64,000 nt of DNA from an uncultured Actinomycetota bacterium. GTDB lineage: Bacteria; Actinomycetota; Actinomycetes; Actinomycetales; Microbacteriaceae. Both the position numbers and the translations under genes were made by a program. The DNA lies in NCBI GenBank assembly GCA_963848065.1, contig CAWKBZ010000003.1:13147-77146 (forward strand). The letters run 5' to 3'. Positions within the stretch are counted from its first letter, which is position 1. Every line of letters begins with the position of its first letter. Shown piece after piece: positions 11,840 to 21,339 of this stretch. Below the pieces are notes generated by a model. It did not search any database, was not told the origin of the DNA, and was given only the letters and a program-made list of their open reading frames with translations.

Positions 11840-13933
11840 ATGCCAGCACAGCCACCCGCCGCGGCGCAGAAACCGTTCGAACGCGCTCACCACGGCGACG
11901 TCTTCATTGACAATTACGAGTGGATGCGCGACAAGACCGACGCCGACGTCATCGCCCACCTCACCGCCGAGAACGAGTGGACGGATGCGCAGACCGCAGA
12001 CCTCGAAGTGCTGCGCGAGCAGTTGTTCGAGGAAATCCGCGCCCACACGAAGGAAACCGATCTGAGCGTGCCGGTGCGCAAAGGCGAGTGGTGGTACTAC
12101 TCGCGTACGGTCGAGGGCAAACAGTACGCGATCCACTGTCGGGCACCGATCGGGCAACCGGATGACTGGACCCCACCGACTCTCGACGCGAAAGCACCGG
12201 GCGAGCAGGTGCTGCTCGACAGCAATCGCGAGGCGGAGGGTCACGACTACTTCTCCCTGGGCAGTTTCGATGTCAGCGGCGACGGTTCCCGGCTCGTGTT
12301 CGCTGTCGACACTGTGGGCGACGAGCGCTACCTGCTGCGGGTGCGTGATCTAACGACCGGCGAGAACCTCGCGGACGAGGTTCCGAACACCTTTGCGGGA
12401 GCAATCTTTGACGCGACAGGCGACCACATCTTCTACACGACAGTGGATGACACGTGGCGACCTGACACGGTCTGGCGTCACACGATCGGAACCCCCGCGT
12501 CGGCTGATGTCACAGTTCATCATGAGCCCGACGAGAGATTCTGGCTCGGCATCGACCTGACCCGCAGTCGGCAACTGCTTGTGATCGAGGCGGGGTCGAA
12601 GATCACTAGTGAGGCGTGGGTGCTGCCGGCGGATGACCCCACCGGCGAGTTCCGTTCGGTGTGGCCGCGGCGCGTGGGCGTTGAGTACTCGGTCGAGCAC
12701 GCCGTCATCGACGGGGCGGACCGCCTCCTGATAGTGCACAACCATGACGCGCTCGATTTCGAGCTGGTGGATGTCGCGTTGGCCGACCCCACGGGCGAAC
12801 GACGTGTGCTCGTGCCCCACTCCCCCGGAACGCGCATAGAGAGCGTCGCGGCGTTCGCCGGCCACCTCGTGCTCGAATACCGGCGGGAGGCCCTGCCGAG
12901 GGTCTCGGTGGCAGTTCTCGGCACGCAGCTCACCTGGCAGGAGATCGAGTTCGCTGAGGCACTCTTCTCGGTGGGCGCGAGCGGCAATCCTGACTGGAAC
13001 CAGCCTTCGGTGCGCCTGACGTACTCGAGCTTCGTCACCCCCGCGACGGTGTACGACTACGCCATGCGCTCGGGGCACCTCACGATGCTCAAACAGCAGC
13101 CCGTGCTCGGTGACTATGATCCCGACCGCTACGAGCAGCGCAGGGACTGGGCGACCGCGAGTGACGGAACGCGGGTGCCGATCTCGCTCGTCTTCCGCTC
13201 CGATCTGGTGACCCCGGGTGAATCGGCCCCGACACTGCTGTACGGTTACGGCTCGTACGAGCACAGTATCGATCCGGGGTTCTCGATCCCGCGCATCAGT
13301 CTGCTCGACCGCGGCGTCATCTTTGCCGTCGCACACGTGCGGGGTGGCGGTGAACTCGGTCGCAACTGGTACGAGAGTGGCAAAACGCGGAGCAAGCGCA
13401 ACACCTTCACCGATTTCATCGCGTGTGCGCGGCATCTCACCGACACCGGGGTGAGCTCCCCCGACCGCATGGTTGCCGAGGGTGGGAGCGCGGGCGGTCT
13501 GCTCATGGGTGCGGTGGCCAATCTGGCGCCCGAAGCCTTCGCGGGTGTGCTCGCGGTTGTCCCGTTCGTCGATCCGCTGACGAGCATCCTCGACCCGTCC
13601 CTCCCCCTCACCGTCATCGAATGGGATGAGTGGGGCGACCCCCTGCATGACGCGGAGGTCTACCACCTGATGAAGAGCTATTCCCCCTACGAGAACGTTC
13701 GGGAGACGCAGTATCCGCAGATCCTTGCGGTCACGAGCCTCAACGACACGCGTGTGCTCTACGTTGAGCCGGCCAAATGGGTCGCGCGACTGCGTGAAGT
13801 GGATGCGCCGGTGCTCCTCCGTACGGAGATGAGTGCGGGGCACGGTGGGGTGAGCGGACGCTACGAGAACTGGCGCAAGAAGGCATTCGAATCGGCGTGG
13901 GTGCTCAGGACTCTCGGCCTGCACGCTTCCTGA
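11840..13933 (+). CDS. ptrB: S9A prolyl-oligopeptidase family serine peptidase (oligopeptidase B-like)
   Basis: 697 aa. N-terminal beta-propeller region. Catalytic Ser motif EGGSAGGLLMG, and a downstream D...SAGHGG acid/His region. Confidence 0.85.
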   Translation: MPAQPPAAAQKPFERAHHGDVFIDNYEWMRDKTDADVIAHLTAENEWTDAQTADLEVLREQLFEEIRAHTKETDLSVPVRKGEWWYYSRTVEGKQYAIHCRAPIGQPDDWTPPTLDAKAPGEQVLLDSNREAEGHDYFSLGSFDVSGDGSRLVFAVDTVGDERYLLRVRDLTTGENLADEVPNTFAGAIFDATGDHIFYTTVDDTWRPDTVWRHTIGTPASADVTVHHEPDERFWLGIDLTRSRQLLVIEAGSKITSEAWVLPADDPTGEFRSVWPRRVGVEYSVEHAVIDGADRLLIVHNHDALDFELVDVALADPTGERRVLVPHSPGTRIESVAAFAGHLVLEYRREALPRVSVAVLGTQLTWQEIEFAEALFSVGASGNPDWNQPSVRLTYSSFVTPATVYDYAMRSGHLTMLKQQPVLGDYDPDRYEQRRDWATASDGTRVPISLVFRSDLVTPGESAPTLLYGYGSYEHSIDPGFSIPRISLLDRGVIFAVAHVRGGGELGRNWYESGKTRSKRNTFTDFIACARHLTDTGVSSPDRMVAEGGSAGGLLMGAVANLAPEAFAGVLAVVPFVDPLTSILDPSLPLTVIEWDEWGDPLHDAEVYHLMKSYSPYENVRETQYPQILAVTSLNDTRVLYVEPAKWVARLREVDAPVLLRTEMSAGHGGVSGRYENWRKKAFESAWVLRTLGLHAS

Positions 13934-14131
13934 GGGCGGCGAACGTCGCGTCGAGGCGCCGCTCATCGTCAGTACGAATCTGTTCCGGTCGTCCTGCAGT
14001 TGCGGCCGCGTCTGCCCGCAGAAGTTCTTTCTCGAGGCGGCTCACGGAGCGCCGGAAAGCCGCATCCTTTTCGTGCGCGAGTGCCATGAACCCACGCTAC
14101 CGAGTTCTCCGGCGATTCGAAGCATGGGCAC

Positions 14132-14656
14132 TCAGCCCAGCAGGTTCGCGAACATGAGCGCGATACCGGCCCACCAGAGCAGTACTGCGAGGGCGAGGCT
14201 CACCAGCGGAACCCAGAAACTGATCCTTCGTTTCACCATGAGCACAATTGCGACGATCACCGAGGGAAACCAGGCGATGCTCGGCCCGATCAACGCGAGC
14301 GTCCAGCCGAGCGTGTACTGGTAGAAGTCACACGTTGGGGCTGCGCACTGGTCGCGTCCGAAGATCTGCAGCACGGTGTGCGCTGTCAGCCCCAGAATCA
14401 CGGCGATCCCGAAAAGCATCACGAGGCACGACGCAGCAATGTCCCAGACGATCAGTCGGCGGCTGGCCGGGGCCGTCGTGGCGGCTGCAGCGTCATCCGC
14501 TTCCTGCGTGAACTCAGTTACCGGTGGCGGGGTTGTGAACGCGCCCACCGGCTCGTAGTCGGCGGTTTCCTCTTCGAGGTCGGGTTCCAGTTCGGGTTCG
14601 TATTCCGTCTCGGCTCCGTAACCGGTTACTGGTGGCGCGATCTCTGGTGATGACAC
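14132..14656 (-). CDS. Hypothetical membrane protein (acidic N-terminus, ~4 TM helices)
   Basis: 174-aa ORF with good hydrophobic periodicity. No family recognised. Confidence 0.5.
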   Translation of the reverse strand: MSSPEIAPPVTGYGAETEYEPELEPDLEEETADYEPVGAFTTPPPVTEFTQEADDAAAATTAPASRRLIVWDIAASCLVMLFGIAVILGLTAHTVLQIFGRDQCAAPTCDFYQYTLGWTLALIGPSIAWFPSVIVAIVLMVKRRISFWVPLVSLALAVLLWWAGIALMFANLLG

Positions 14657-14794
14657 GAGTGGGCTCCTGTTCGTACAGACCCAGCATTATTGAGTCGAGC
14701 GGCGCTCGTCAACCGGTGGCGCCGCCAGCCGATACCGCTGTGCCTGTCGATGGACCGCACATTCTGTGGTTCACCGACCTAGGCTGGAACCCTC

Positions 14795-15469
14795 ATGCGA
14801 CTCCTCCTGATTCGTCACGGCCAGACCCCATCCAACGTGCTGGGACTACTCGACACGGCGGCGCCCGGGCCCGGGCTCACCCCCTTGGGCGTGCGGCAGG
14901 CAGGAGAAGTGGCGGTGGCGCTTGAGGGCGAGGAGATCGGCGGGATCTTCGCCTCCCGGCTCGTGCGCACCCAGCTCACCTCTGCTCCGCTCGTCAACGA
15001 TCGGGGCATCTCTCCCGAAATCGGTGACGGTCTGCACGAAATCGAAGCGGGCGCCCTGGAGGGACTGAGCGACCGTGAGTCGGTCATCCGCTACCTGCAC
15101 ACCGCCTTCTCCTGGGCGGACGGCAAACTGGATGCCACGATGCCGGGCGGAACTGACGGGCACGAGTTCTTCGCCCGCTTCGACGCTGACATTGCGGAGA
15201 TCGAGAGAACTGTTGCCCAGACGGCGGTTGTGTTCAGCCACGGGGCCGCCATCCGGGTCTGGGTTGCCAATCGGGCGCGCAACGCACCGTCTACGTTCGC
15301 AGCGCGCACTGAACTCGCCAACACGGGCGTGGTCGTGCTTGACGGGTCAGTGGATAGCGGATGGCAATTGCTCAGTTGGGCGAGCATGCCGGTCGGTGGA
15401 GCGCAGTTGGACGACGCCGCGGCGCCCGATCCCACGGGCGAGACCCTGGGGCAGGCGGAAGCGGGCTGA
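14795..15469 (+). CDS. Histidine phosphatase (phosphoglycerate mutase) family protein
   Basis: 224 aa. MRLLLIRHGQTPSN is the RHG catalytic motif. Confidence 0.85.
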   Translation: MRLLLIRHGQTPSNVLGLLDTAAPGPGLTPLGVRQAGEVAVALEGEEIGGIFASRLVRTQLTSAPLVNDRGISPEIGDGLHEIEAGALEGLSDRESVIRYLHTAFSWADGKLDATMPGGTDGHEFFARFDADIAEIERTVAQTAVVFSHGAAIRVWVANRARNAPSTFAARTELANTGVVVLDGSVDSGWQLLSWASMPVGGAQLDDAAAPDPTGETLGQAEAG

Positions 15470-15494
15470 GCCCGGATTGCCTAAGGTGGGAAAG

Positions 15495-15785
15495 GTGAGC
15501 AAGGAATTCATGCACGAACCGGACGCTCGTCGATATGTGCTGAGGGTCGGGGGCGAACTCGCTGCCGCACTCGACTACACCGTGAGCGGGTCTGCGGTGT
15601 CATTCACCCGCACCTACACGGCACCCCACCTGCGCGGTCGCGGCTTCGCGGCGGAGATCACCCAGTTCGCGACGGATGATGTCGAGAACAACACCGACCT
15701 TCGCATCGTTCCGATGTGCTGGTATGTCGCAGACTGGTTCGAACGCAATCCGGAGCGAGCCGGGCTGCTGACGCGGGGAGCGTGA
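15495..15785 (+). CDS. Small GNAT-fold N-acetyltransferase (YjdJ-like)
   Basis: Tail of ORF 15075-15785. RGRGFAAEITQFATDD...IVPMCWYVADWF. Start is GTG 15495 or ATG 15510. The stop overlaps the next gene's start (GTGA). Confidence 0.7.
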   Translation: MSKEFMHEPDARRYVLRVGGELAAALDYTVSGSAVSFTRTYTAPHLRGRGFAAEITQFATDDVENNTDLRIVPMCWYVADWFERNPERAGLLTRGA

Positions 15786-16543
15786 CAACGCGCGCGCCGA
15801 GAAAACGTTTCGGGGTCTTCACCGGAATCGGATTTCTCGGCAAAGGGCTGGGCATGTGGCTCACCTCGCCCGGCCTGATGCTCCTGGGGGCGCTGCCTGC
15901 GCTCATCGTCGGAATCGTGTACGCGGGCGGCATCGTGCTGTTCCTCATGAACATCGACCCCATAACGGCCTTTGCGACACCGTTCGCTTCCGGGTGGGAT
16001 GAGACCGGGCGGGCTATTGCGCGAGTGGTTGCCGGTCTGGCCATCGCGGCAGCCGCCGTGCTTGTGGTGATTTTCACTTTCACCGCGGTCACGCTCGCTG
16101 TGGGTGATCCGTTCTACGCACGCATCTGGCGTGCAGTCGAGGAGAAGGCGGGCGGGGTGCCGGAGCCGATCGAGGAGAAGTTCGCAACCTCTCTTCTGCG
16201 GGGGCTCGGCAATGGGCTGCGGCTGTTCCTTTTCACTGCGCTCGTGGGAGTGCTGCTGTTCGCTGCCGGGTTCATCCCGTTCGTGGGGCAGACGGTTGTG
16301 CCCGCACTGGGCGTGCTCATGGGCGGATGGTTTCTTTCGCTCTCGCTCACGGGATTCGCGTTCGACGGGCGCGGTATCCGGTTGCGTGGCAGACGAAAAG
16401 TGCTCGGACGCCAGCGCTCGACCACGCTCGGGTTCGGTGCCGCGACGTACCTGCTGTTCCTGCTGCCGCTCGGTGCGGTCGTGGTGATGCCCGCCGCCGT
16501 CGCGGGGGCGACGCTCATGGCGAGGGCAGCTCTGGAGGACTAG
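15782..16543 (+). CDS. EI24/CysZ-like polytopic membrane protein
   Basis: In-frame GTG at 15782 overlaps the upstream stop. ~253 aa with 5-6 hydrophobic helices. Family call is from overall pattern only. Confidence 0.55.
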   Translation: MTTRAPRKRFGVFTGIGFLGKGLGMWLTSPGLMLLGALPALIVGIVYAGGIVLFLMNIDPITAFATPFASGWDETGRAIARVVAGLAIAAAAVLVVIFTFTAVTLAVGDPFYARIWRAVEEKAGGVPEPIEEKFATSLLRGLGNGLRLFLFTALVGVLLFAAGFIPFVGQTVVPALGVLMGGWFLSLSLTGFAFDGRGIRLRGRRKVLGRQRSTTLGFGAATYLLFLLPLGAVVVMPAAVAGATLMARAALED

Positions 16544-16631
16544 GGTCTCGACGGGCTCGACCACCGCGCGGTGGAGCCTGTCGAAATCTCACCGGCGAAT
16601 TGACCAGGGTCTCGACGGGCTCGAGCTGCGG
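16543..16631. repeat. Two copies of the intergenic GGGTCTCGAC(G/A)(G/A)GCTCGA.. element between convergent genes, with the CCACC-GCGC-GGTGG hairpin
   Basis: GGGTCTCGACGGGCTCGACCACCG at 16543-16566 and GGGTCTCGACGGGCTCGAG at 16607-16625. The same element recurs at 60169-60255. Confidence 0.7.
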
Positions 16632-16636
16632 CTGGT

Positions 16637-18538
16637 TCAGCGGCCGCCGCCGCCTCCCCCACCGCCACCGCCACCGGACGACCCACCGCCTGAGGAACCA
16701 CCCGAACTGCTTCCGCCACTGCTGCTCGACCGCGAGGCGGTCGCCGAACTCGAGATCGATGAAATCGAGGTTGCGAAAGTCGTGGGCGAGAACCCGCCCG
16801 GGCCCGCATACCAGTCGGGGTTGGCATCCGGACCCATCTTCACCGCGAGTTCCTGCAGCCAACTCTCTTCAACCCCCCACAGCACGGCGAAGGGAAGCAG
16901 CCTCTCGTAAAGCTTGATCACCTGCATATCGTCACGAATATTGACCCGTTCGGCGCCGCCGCTGCTCTGCAGAACCCGGAACCGCTCCTTCTCCGCGAGC
17001 TCGAGGTACTGCTTCATCCCGATCAGGTAGTCCCGATGGTCAGCCCCGGCGGCCGTGAGCCGGGCCGGACGCTGCGAAACCAACGCGGTGACCGCGAAAG
17101 CGAAGAACAGCAGGAAGCCGGAAAGTCCCAGCCACCAGCTCGCGTCGACGCCCGGCGTGTCAATGAAGATGAAAGTGAGGATCCACATGACCATGATGGC
17201 GAATGGGATAAGGCAGCCAAGGCTCTGGCCCTTGGGCTTCAACCGGAAACCGCTCTTGATGACCTGGGGTGGCACCGATCCGACGACGGGGTTGAGCGCA
17301 CTGCCGAGTGTGTAGTCTGCCCGCGCGATGTCGCGCACTGCGCCGGGCTGCGGGTTCGGGCTGCCGAATATGGCAGTGATGATCCGCTTCTCGAGGTCAT
17401 CGAGGCCGTCCGGACTGAGGAACTGGAGGGCGTACTTGCCTGCACTGGACTTGACCGGATACCCGAGAATGCGCAGGTTTCGCCGAACAGCGAGACTCAC
17501 CAGTTGCGCAGGAAGTGCAGCCTTCATCCGGCCGGCGAGTTGCGCGGCCATCATGATGTTCAGGTCCTTCGGCACGCTGTATTGGGGGACGATGATTCCC
17601 CGCCCAGGGTGATCCCGACCCGACATGGCCCTGAGCACTATCGACAGGATGGTGAGCAGCCCCGCGAGTGTGGAGAACAGGATTCCCATGATGTGCTGCC
17701 ACAGCGGCGTCGCGCGAGGATCGACCGCTTCGACCTGCACGAATGTGCCATCGGTGAAGGCGATCGCGAAAGTTAGGGTTTGCCGGGGGGCGAGTGCCGA
17801 GGCGACCGCACGGAACGTGGTGGTGCCGTCGGCGGCGACTTCGATTAGCTCGATCGAGTCGCACGGGTCGGTGCCGCCTTCATCGCCCTGGTAGCAGGCG
17901 AAGGAACCGGTGAGTTCGGTCGCGACCTCCGGGTCGACGATGACGGTTGCCGTCACTGAACCGAATGGCTGCGACCAGCCGGTTCCGTTCACATCCCAGT
18001 AGAACTCATCCACTCCTGTCGTCGACGTGAAGTTGCGCACGACATTCTGCTGCGAGTAGCTGATCACATAGGTCTGGCGCCCCTGCACGAAGTCGTCCGT
18101 ACCGAGTGGCAGTTCGAGGAAGCCGCTGTACCGATCGACCTCGTAGTGCACAGGCGCACCGTTCTCGTCAACTACGGAGTGGATGCTGGTTTCCAGCGGT
18201 ACGCCGTCATAGTCGGTATTCAGTTCGCGGATGATCCCGCGGTTCTGGTCGAAGTTCGGGAACAGCGCCACAATGGTTTCCGTGATCTGCACCTGGGATC
18301 TGCCGTCGTCCGTGCGTGAGAGTTCGTAGACGACATCCATTGATATGAACGCGAAGTTCTCGACGTTGGCAGTGGCGTTGGTGTTGCTGCCAGCAGACTG
18401 GGCAGTGCCTTCAACGGTTGCGGTGACCGCGACAGCGGCAAGGCCGATTCCGACGCCAGCAAGCGCGATCAATACCCCAAGGCGCGGACGTCTGGTGCTG
18501 TTCACCACACGCTCAGCATAGGGGTGAAGTTCGCACAC
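16637..18538 (-). CDS. DUF2207-like membrane protein with C-terminal Gly/Ser-rich tail
   Basis: 633 aa. N-terminal signal/TM, large extracytoplasmic domain, several TM helices, and a C-terminal SSSGGSSSGGSSGGGSSGGGGGGGGGGGR tail typical of DUF2207. Confidence 0.7.
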   Translation of the reverse strand: MCELHPYAERVVNSTRRPRLGVLIALAGVGIGLAAVAVTATVEGTAQSAGSNTNATANVENFAFISMDVVYELSRTDDGRSQVQITETIVALFPNFDQNRGIIRELNTDYDGVPLETSIHSVVDENGAPVHYEVDRYSGFLELPLGTDDFVQGRQTYVISYSQQNVVRNFTSTTGVDEFYWDVNGTGWSQPFGSVTATVIVDPEVATELTGSFACYQGDEGGTDPCDSIELIEVAADGTTTFRAVASALAPRQTLTFAIAFTDGTFVQVEAVDPRATPLWQHIMGILFSTLAGLLTILSIVLRAMSGRDHPGRGIIVPQYSVPKDLNIMMAAQLAGRMKAALPAQLVSLAVRRNLRILGYPVKSSAGKYALQFLSPDGLDDLEKRIITAIFGSPNPQPGAVRDIARADYTLGSALNPVVGSVPPQVIKSGFRLKPKGQSLGCLIPFAIMVMWILTFIFIDTPGVDASWWLGLSGFLLFFAFAVTALVSQRPARLTAAGADHRDYLIGMKQYLELAEKERFRVLQSSGGAERVNIRDDMQVIKLYERLLPFAVLWGVEESWLQELAVKMGPDANPDWYAGPGGFSPTTFATSISSISSSATASRSSSSGGSSSGGSSGGGSSGGGGGGGGGGGR

Positions 18539-18662
18539 GCGGCCAGTTTCGCGTTGGCACAGATTGACCGGTCTGCCCCGCTAATAGGGGCGTGCGGGGT
18601 GAGCGCGAGCGCAACTAGGCTCGAACCGAGGCGGGGGTGGCCTCTAGCGTGAGGGGGTTCGC

Positions 18663-19760
18663 ATGTCGCAAGTGCAGTCGCATGTGCAGACAGAGGTTGT
18701 TCCTGCGGGCTGGTACCAGGATTCGCCGGATCCGACCCAGGTTCGCTGGTGGAACGGTACTGAGTGGACTGACCACGTGCAGGTTCTGCCGTCCGACGTC
18801 GCCAACGCACCGGATGTCGAGTCGACCTTGACGCGTCGCCAGCTTCGCGAGCAGAACGGCACGATGTTTACGGGGGAAGTCGACATCAATTCGGAGAGGG
18901 ATGCCGCCCAACTTGCGCAGCAAGCCCAGGTGGCGAGCGTGGCCGCCGAGCGTGCTGCTGCAGGCGCGCCGGCGGCGGCCGCCGAGCGCGCTGCCGCCGA
19001 GCGTGCGGCTGTCGAGAATGCGGAAGCGGTGCGCCTTGCCGCCGAGCGTTTCGCCGCAGAGTCGGCCGCTTCTGAGCGCATCGCGGCGGCGAACAGCTTT
19101 GCTTCACTCGTAGCCGACGCTCCCTCGACTCAGGCCAGTACCACGTCGGCGACCGCCGCGACCCCTGCGACCCCTGCGCCGGCTGGCTCCCTTTTCTCGC
19201 CGGCTATCGCCGATTCGGAAATCTACGTACCGCCGAGTTTTGCGCCGGCGATCGCGGAGTCGGAAACGTATGTTCCCTACCGCGACATGCAGAACATGCA
19301 GCACCCGCCATCGATCAACAACCTCAACCGCACTCGTGTGTGGGACAACGCTCCCACCACGATCACCGCCAAGGCGGTGGGAACCCAGACGTTCCCGGTG
19401 TGGCTTTTCGCGCTGCTGCCGGTGTGGTCCACGGCGGCTGCGTGGCAGCTGCCGCTGATCCAGGGTTTTCCGGATGCTCGTCTGCCGTATCTCGCTGTCG
19501 TACTTCTCACGCTGCTGCTGTCGGTCGGCCTTGCCCAGAGTGACCGGCAGCGGCTCAGCTATCGCGGTTTCGATCGCAGTGCCGCCACCGTTCTCGGGCT
19601 GGTTCCCCCGCTGTTCCTGGTGGTCAGGGCGATCAGGCTGGGTTCGAGTGGATTGGCGCCGCTGATCACCTTCATCCTGCTTCAGGTGGGTGTGCTCGCC
19701 GCAATCTACCTCTTCGCGATGCCGATGGTGCTTTCGGCGCTGGCGGTCTTCGGCCTGTAG
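18663..19760 (+). CDS. DUF2510 domain membrane protein with Ala/Glu-rich repeat linker
   Basis: PAGWYQDSPDPTQVRWWNGTEWTDHV (DUF2510 motif). AAERAAA-type repeats. 4-5 C-terminal TM helices. Confidence 0.75.
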   Translation: MSQVQSHVQTEVVPAGWYQDSPDPTQVRWWNGTEWTDHVQVLPSDVANAPDVESTLTRRQLREQNGTMFTGEVDINSERDAAQLAQQAQVASVAAERAAAGAPAAAAERAAAERAAVENAEAVRLAAERFAAESAASERIAAANSFASLVADAPSTQASTTSATAATPATPAPAGSLFSPAIADSEIYVPPSFAPAIAESETYVPYRDMQNMQHPPSINNLNRTRVWDNAPTTITAKAVGTQTFPVWLFALLPVWSTAAAWQLPLIQGFPDARLPYLAVVLLTLLLSVGLAQSDRQRLSYRGFDRSAATVLGLVPPLFLVVRAIRLGSSGLAPLITFILLQVGVLAAIYLFAMPMVLSALAVFGL

Positions 19761-19808
19761 CCGCCCCTCCGGACAAACTGCCAGCTAGGGAGCCTTTGAG
19801 GTCCTACG

Positions 19809-20339
19809 ATGGACTGCGCAACTGAACGCGTAGGAGGGCACATGGAACTGTTCGATATCGGTCGGGCACTGCAGACCCAGATTTTCGGCTCACGTGAGGA
19901 GATGGAGGAGCATCCACTTTTCAGCGAGCATCCGCAACTGTTGAACCGTCTGGTGTCGAAGTTGACCTATTGTGTGCGGGATGCTCCGCCACGCTACATG
20001 GCTGTTGACATGTCGGGTGTCTCGGGCGCGTCGGGCGAAGGGTTTTTCACGATTGCGGTGTACACCGATGATCACCTTTTTCATCTGACCTACGATCCGA
20101 CGGTCGACCACATCATCACGTCAATTCGCGACCGCAAGAGCATTATCACTCTCGAGGTGCTTTCTGCCCCGAATTTAATGCGCGGCGATGTGCCTGGCAC
20201 ATTCGATGGTTCGCTGCGGGTTGCCGCCACCTACAACAATATGAAGGTTGCGTTGCCAGGTGACAACCGTGCGAGCGTGAAGAATCGCGATCAGTTGGAT
20301 GCGTTCTTCCCGACGCTGCTGAAGGATGTCGCGCAGTAG
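19809..20339 (+). CDS. Hypothetical protein
   Basis: 176-aa ORF; an alternative ATG is at 19842 (MELFDIG...). Composition looks coding. No family recognised. Confidence 0.45.
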   Translation: MDCATERVGGHMELFDIGRALQTQIFGSREEMEEHPLFSEHPQLLNRLVSKLTYCVRDAPPRYMAVDMSGVSGASGEGFFTIAVYTDDHLFHLTYDPTVDHIITSIRDRKSIITLEVLSAPNLMRGDVPGTFDGSLRVAATYNNMKVALPGDNRASVKNRDQLDAFFPTLLKDVAQ

Positions 20340-20439
20340 CTGGCTGGCGGATGATTCAGGCTCTAGTGTGAGCTTTGCTGACAGAACTTCCTGTCGGCTC
20401 TTGTGATCACTGCCACCGGTCTGTCTTTCGGAGCTGCCA

Positions 20440-21339
20440 ATGTACCGCGCCATTGCCCGCAATCGGCGGTCATCCATTTTTCTGATTGCCGTGTTCGTGG
20501 TCATCATCTGCGCGGCAGCTGTGGCGGTCTCGTTCGCGGTTGAGTCGTGGTGGCCGGCGGTGCTGATCCTGCTGTTCACCGGCTTGTACACGTGGTGGCA
20601 GATTGCGACGGCGATGAAGAATGCGGCGAAGATCGCGGGCTGTGTTGAGGTGACGGCGAAGGATGAGCCGCGCCTCTATCGCACGGTGGAGAACCTGGCC
20701 ATCCGTCTGGGGATGCCGACGCCGACGGTGGCGGTGATTGAGGATCCTGCGCCGAACGCGCTCGCCCTCGGTATGAAGGAGGACAGCGCGCTGGTCGCGG
20801 CGACTCGTGGTCTGCTCGACATGCTTGAGGATTCGGAGCTCGAGGGTGTGATGGCGCACGAGATGGCGCACATTAAGAACGAGGATTCGCGGGTCAAGTT
20901 GACGATTTTCGCGATCATCGGTTCCGTGGCAGCGCTGTCGTACATTCTCGCGCGTGGTGCGTGGGCGATCATGCGGCACCCTGGACGCGGCAAGGGTGCT
21001 GTGGCGGTGCTCGCCTTCGGGCTCGCACTGCTGGCGGTTGCGGGGTTGTTTGCGTTGATCGCTTTCCTGATCGGTCCGCTGGTGAATGCTGCGGTCTCGC
21101 GCGAGCGGGAGTTCCTGGCGGATGCTTCAGCCTTCGAGATGACCCGTTTCGCTGATGGGCTCGCGAGTGCGCTGCAGAAGATGGATGCTTCGGCCGTGAC
21201 CGGCAAGGCGGCGCTGGGTACGCACAGTTTCTATTTTCTGAATCCCGCGCGACGGAGCCGGTTCGCGAGCTGGTTTTCGAGTCATCCGTCGACCGAGAAG
21301 CGGGTGGAACGTCTCCGCTCGATCAGTCGCACGTTCTAG
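20440..21339 (+). CDS. htpX: M48 family zinc metallopeptidase (HtpX-like)
   Basis: 299 aa. Two N-terminal TMs, HEMAHIKNED (HExxH), two further TMs, and EFLADASAF. Confidence 0.85.
   Translation: MYRAIARNRRSSIFLIAVFVVIICAAAVAVSFAVESWWPAVLILLFTGLYTWWQIATAMKNAAKIAGCVEVTAKDEPRLYRTVENLAIRLGMPTPTVAVIEDPAPNALALGMKEDSALVAATRGLLDMLEDSELEGVMAHEMAHIKNEDSRVKLTIFAIIGSVAALSYILARGAWAIMRHPGRGKGAVAVLAFGLALLAVAGLFALIAFLIGPLVNAAVSREREFLADASAFEMTRFADGLASALQKMDASAVTGKAALGTHSFYFLNPARRSRFASWFSSHPSTEKRVERLRSISRTF

Noticed and set aside
13905-14087. 60-aa minus-strand ORF between ptrB and the membrane-protein gene
   Set aside because: It overlaps the ptrB 3' end by 29 nt and has no convincing SD (GGAGAA is more than 15 nt away). 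I recognise no family. It could be real, but I cannot support it.
16637-16720. GCC/GCCACC-rich simple repeat at the 3' end of the DUF2207 gene
   Set aside because: It encodes the Gly/Ser-rich C-terminal tail of the protein, so it is coding low complexity and not an independent repeat element or CRISPR-like array.
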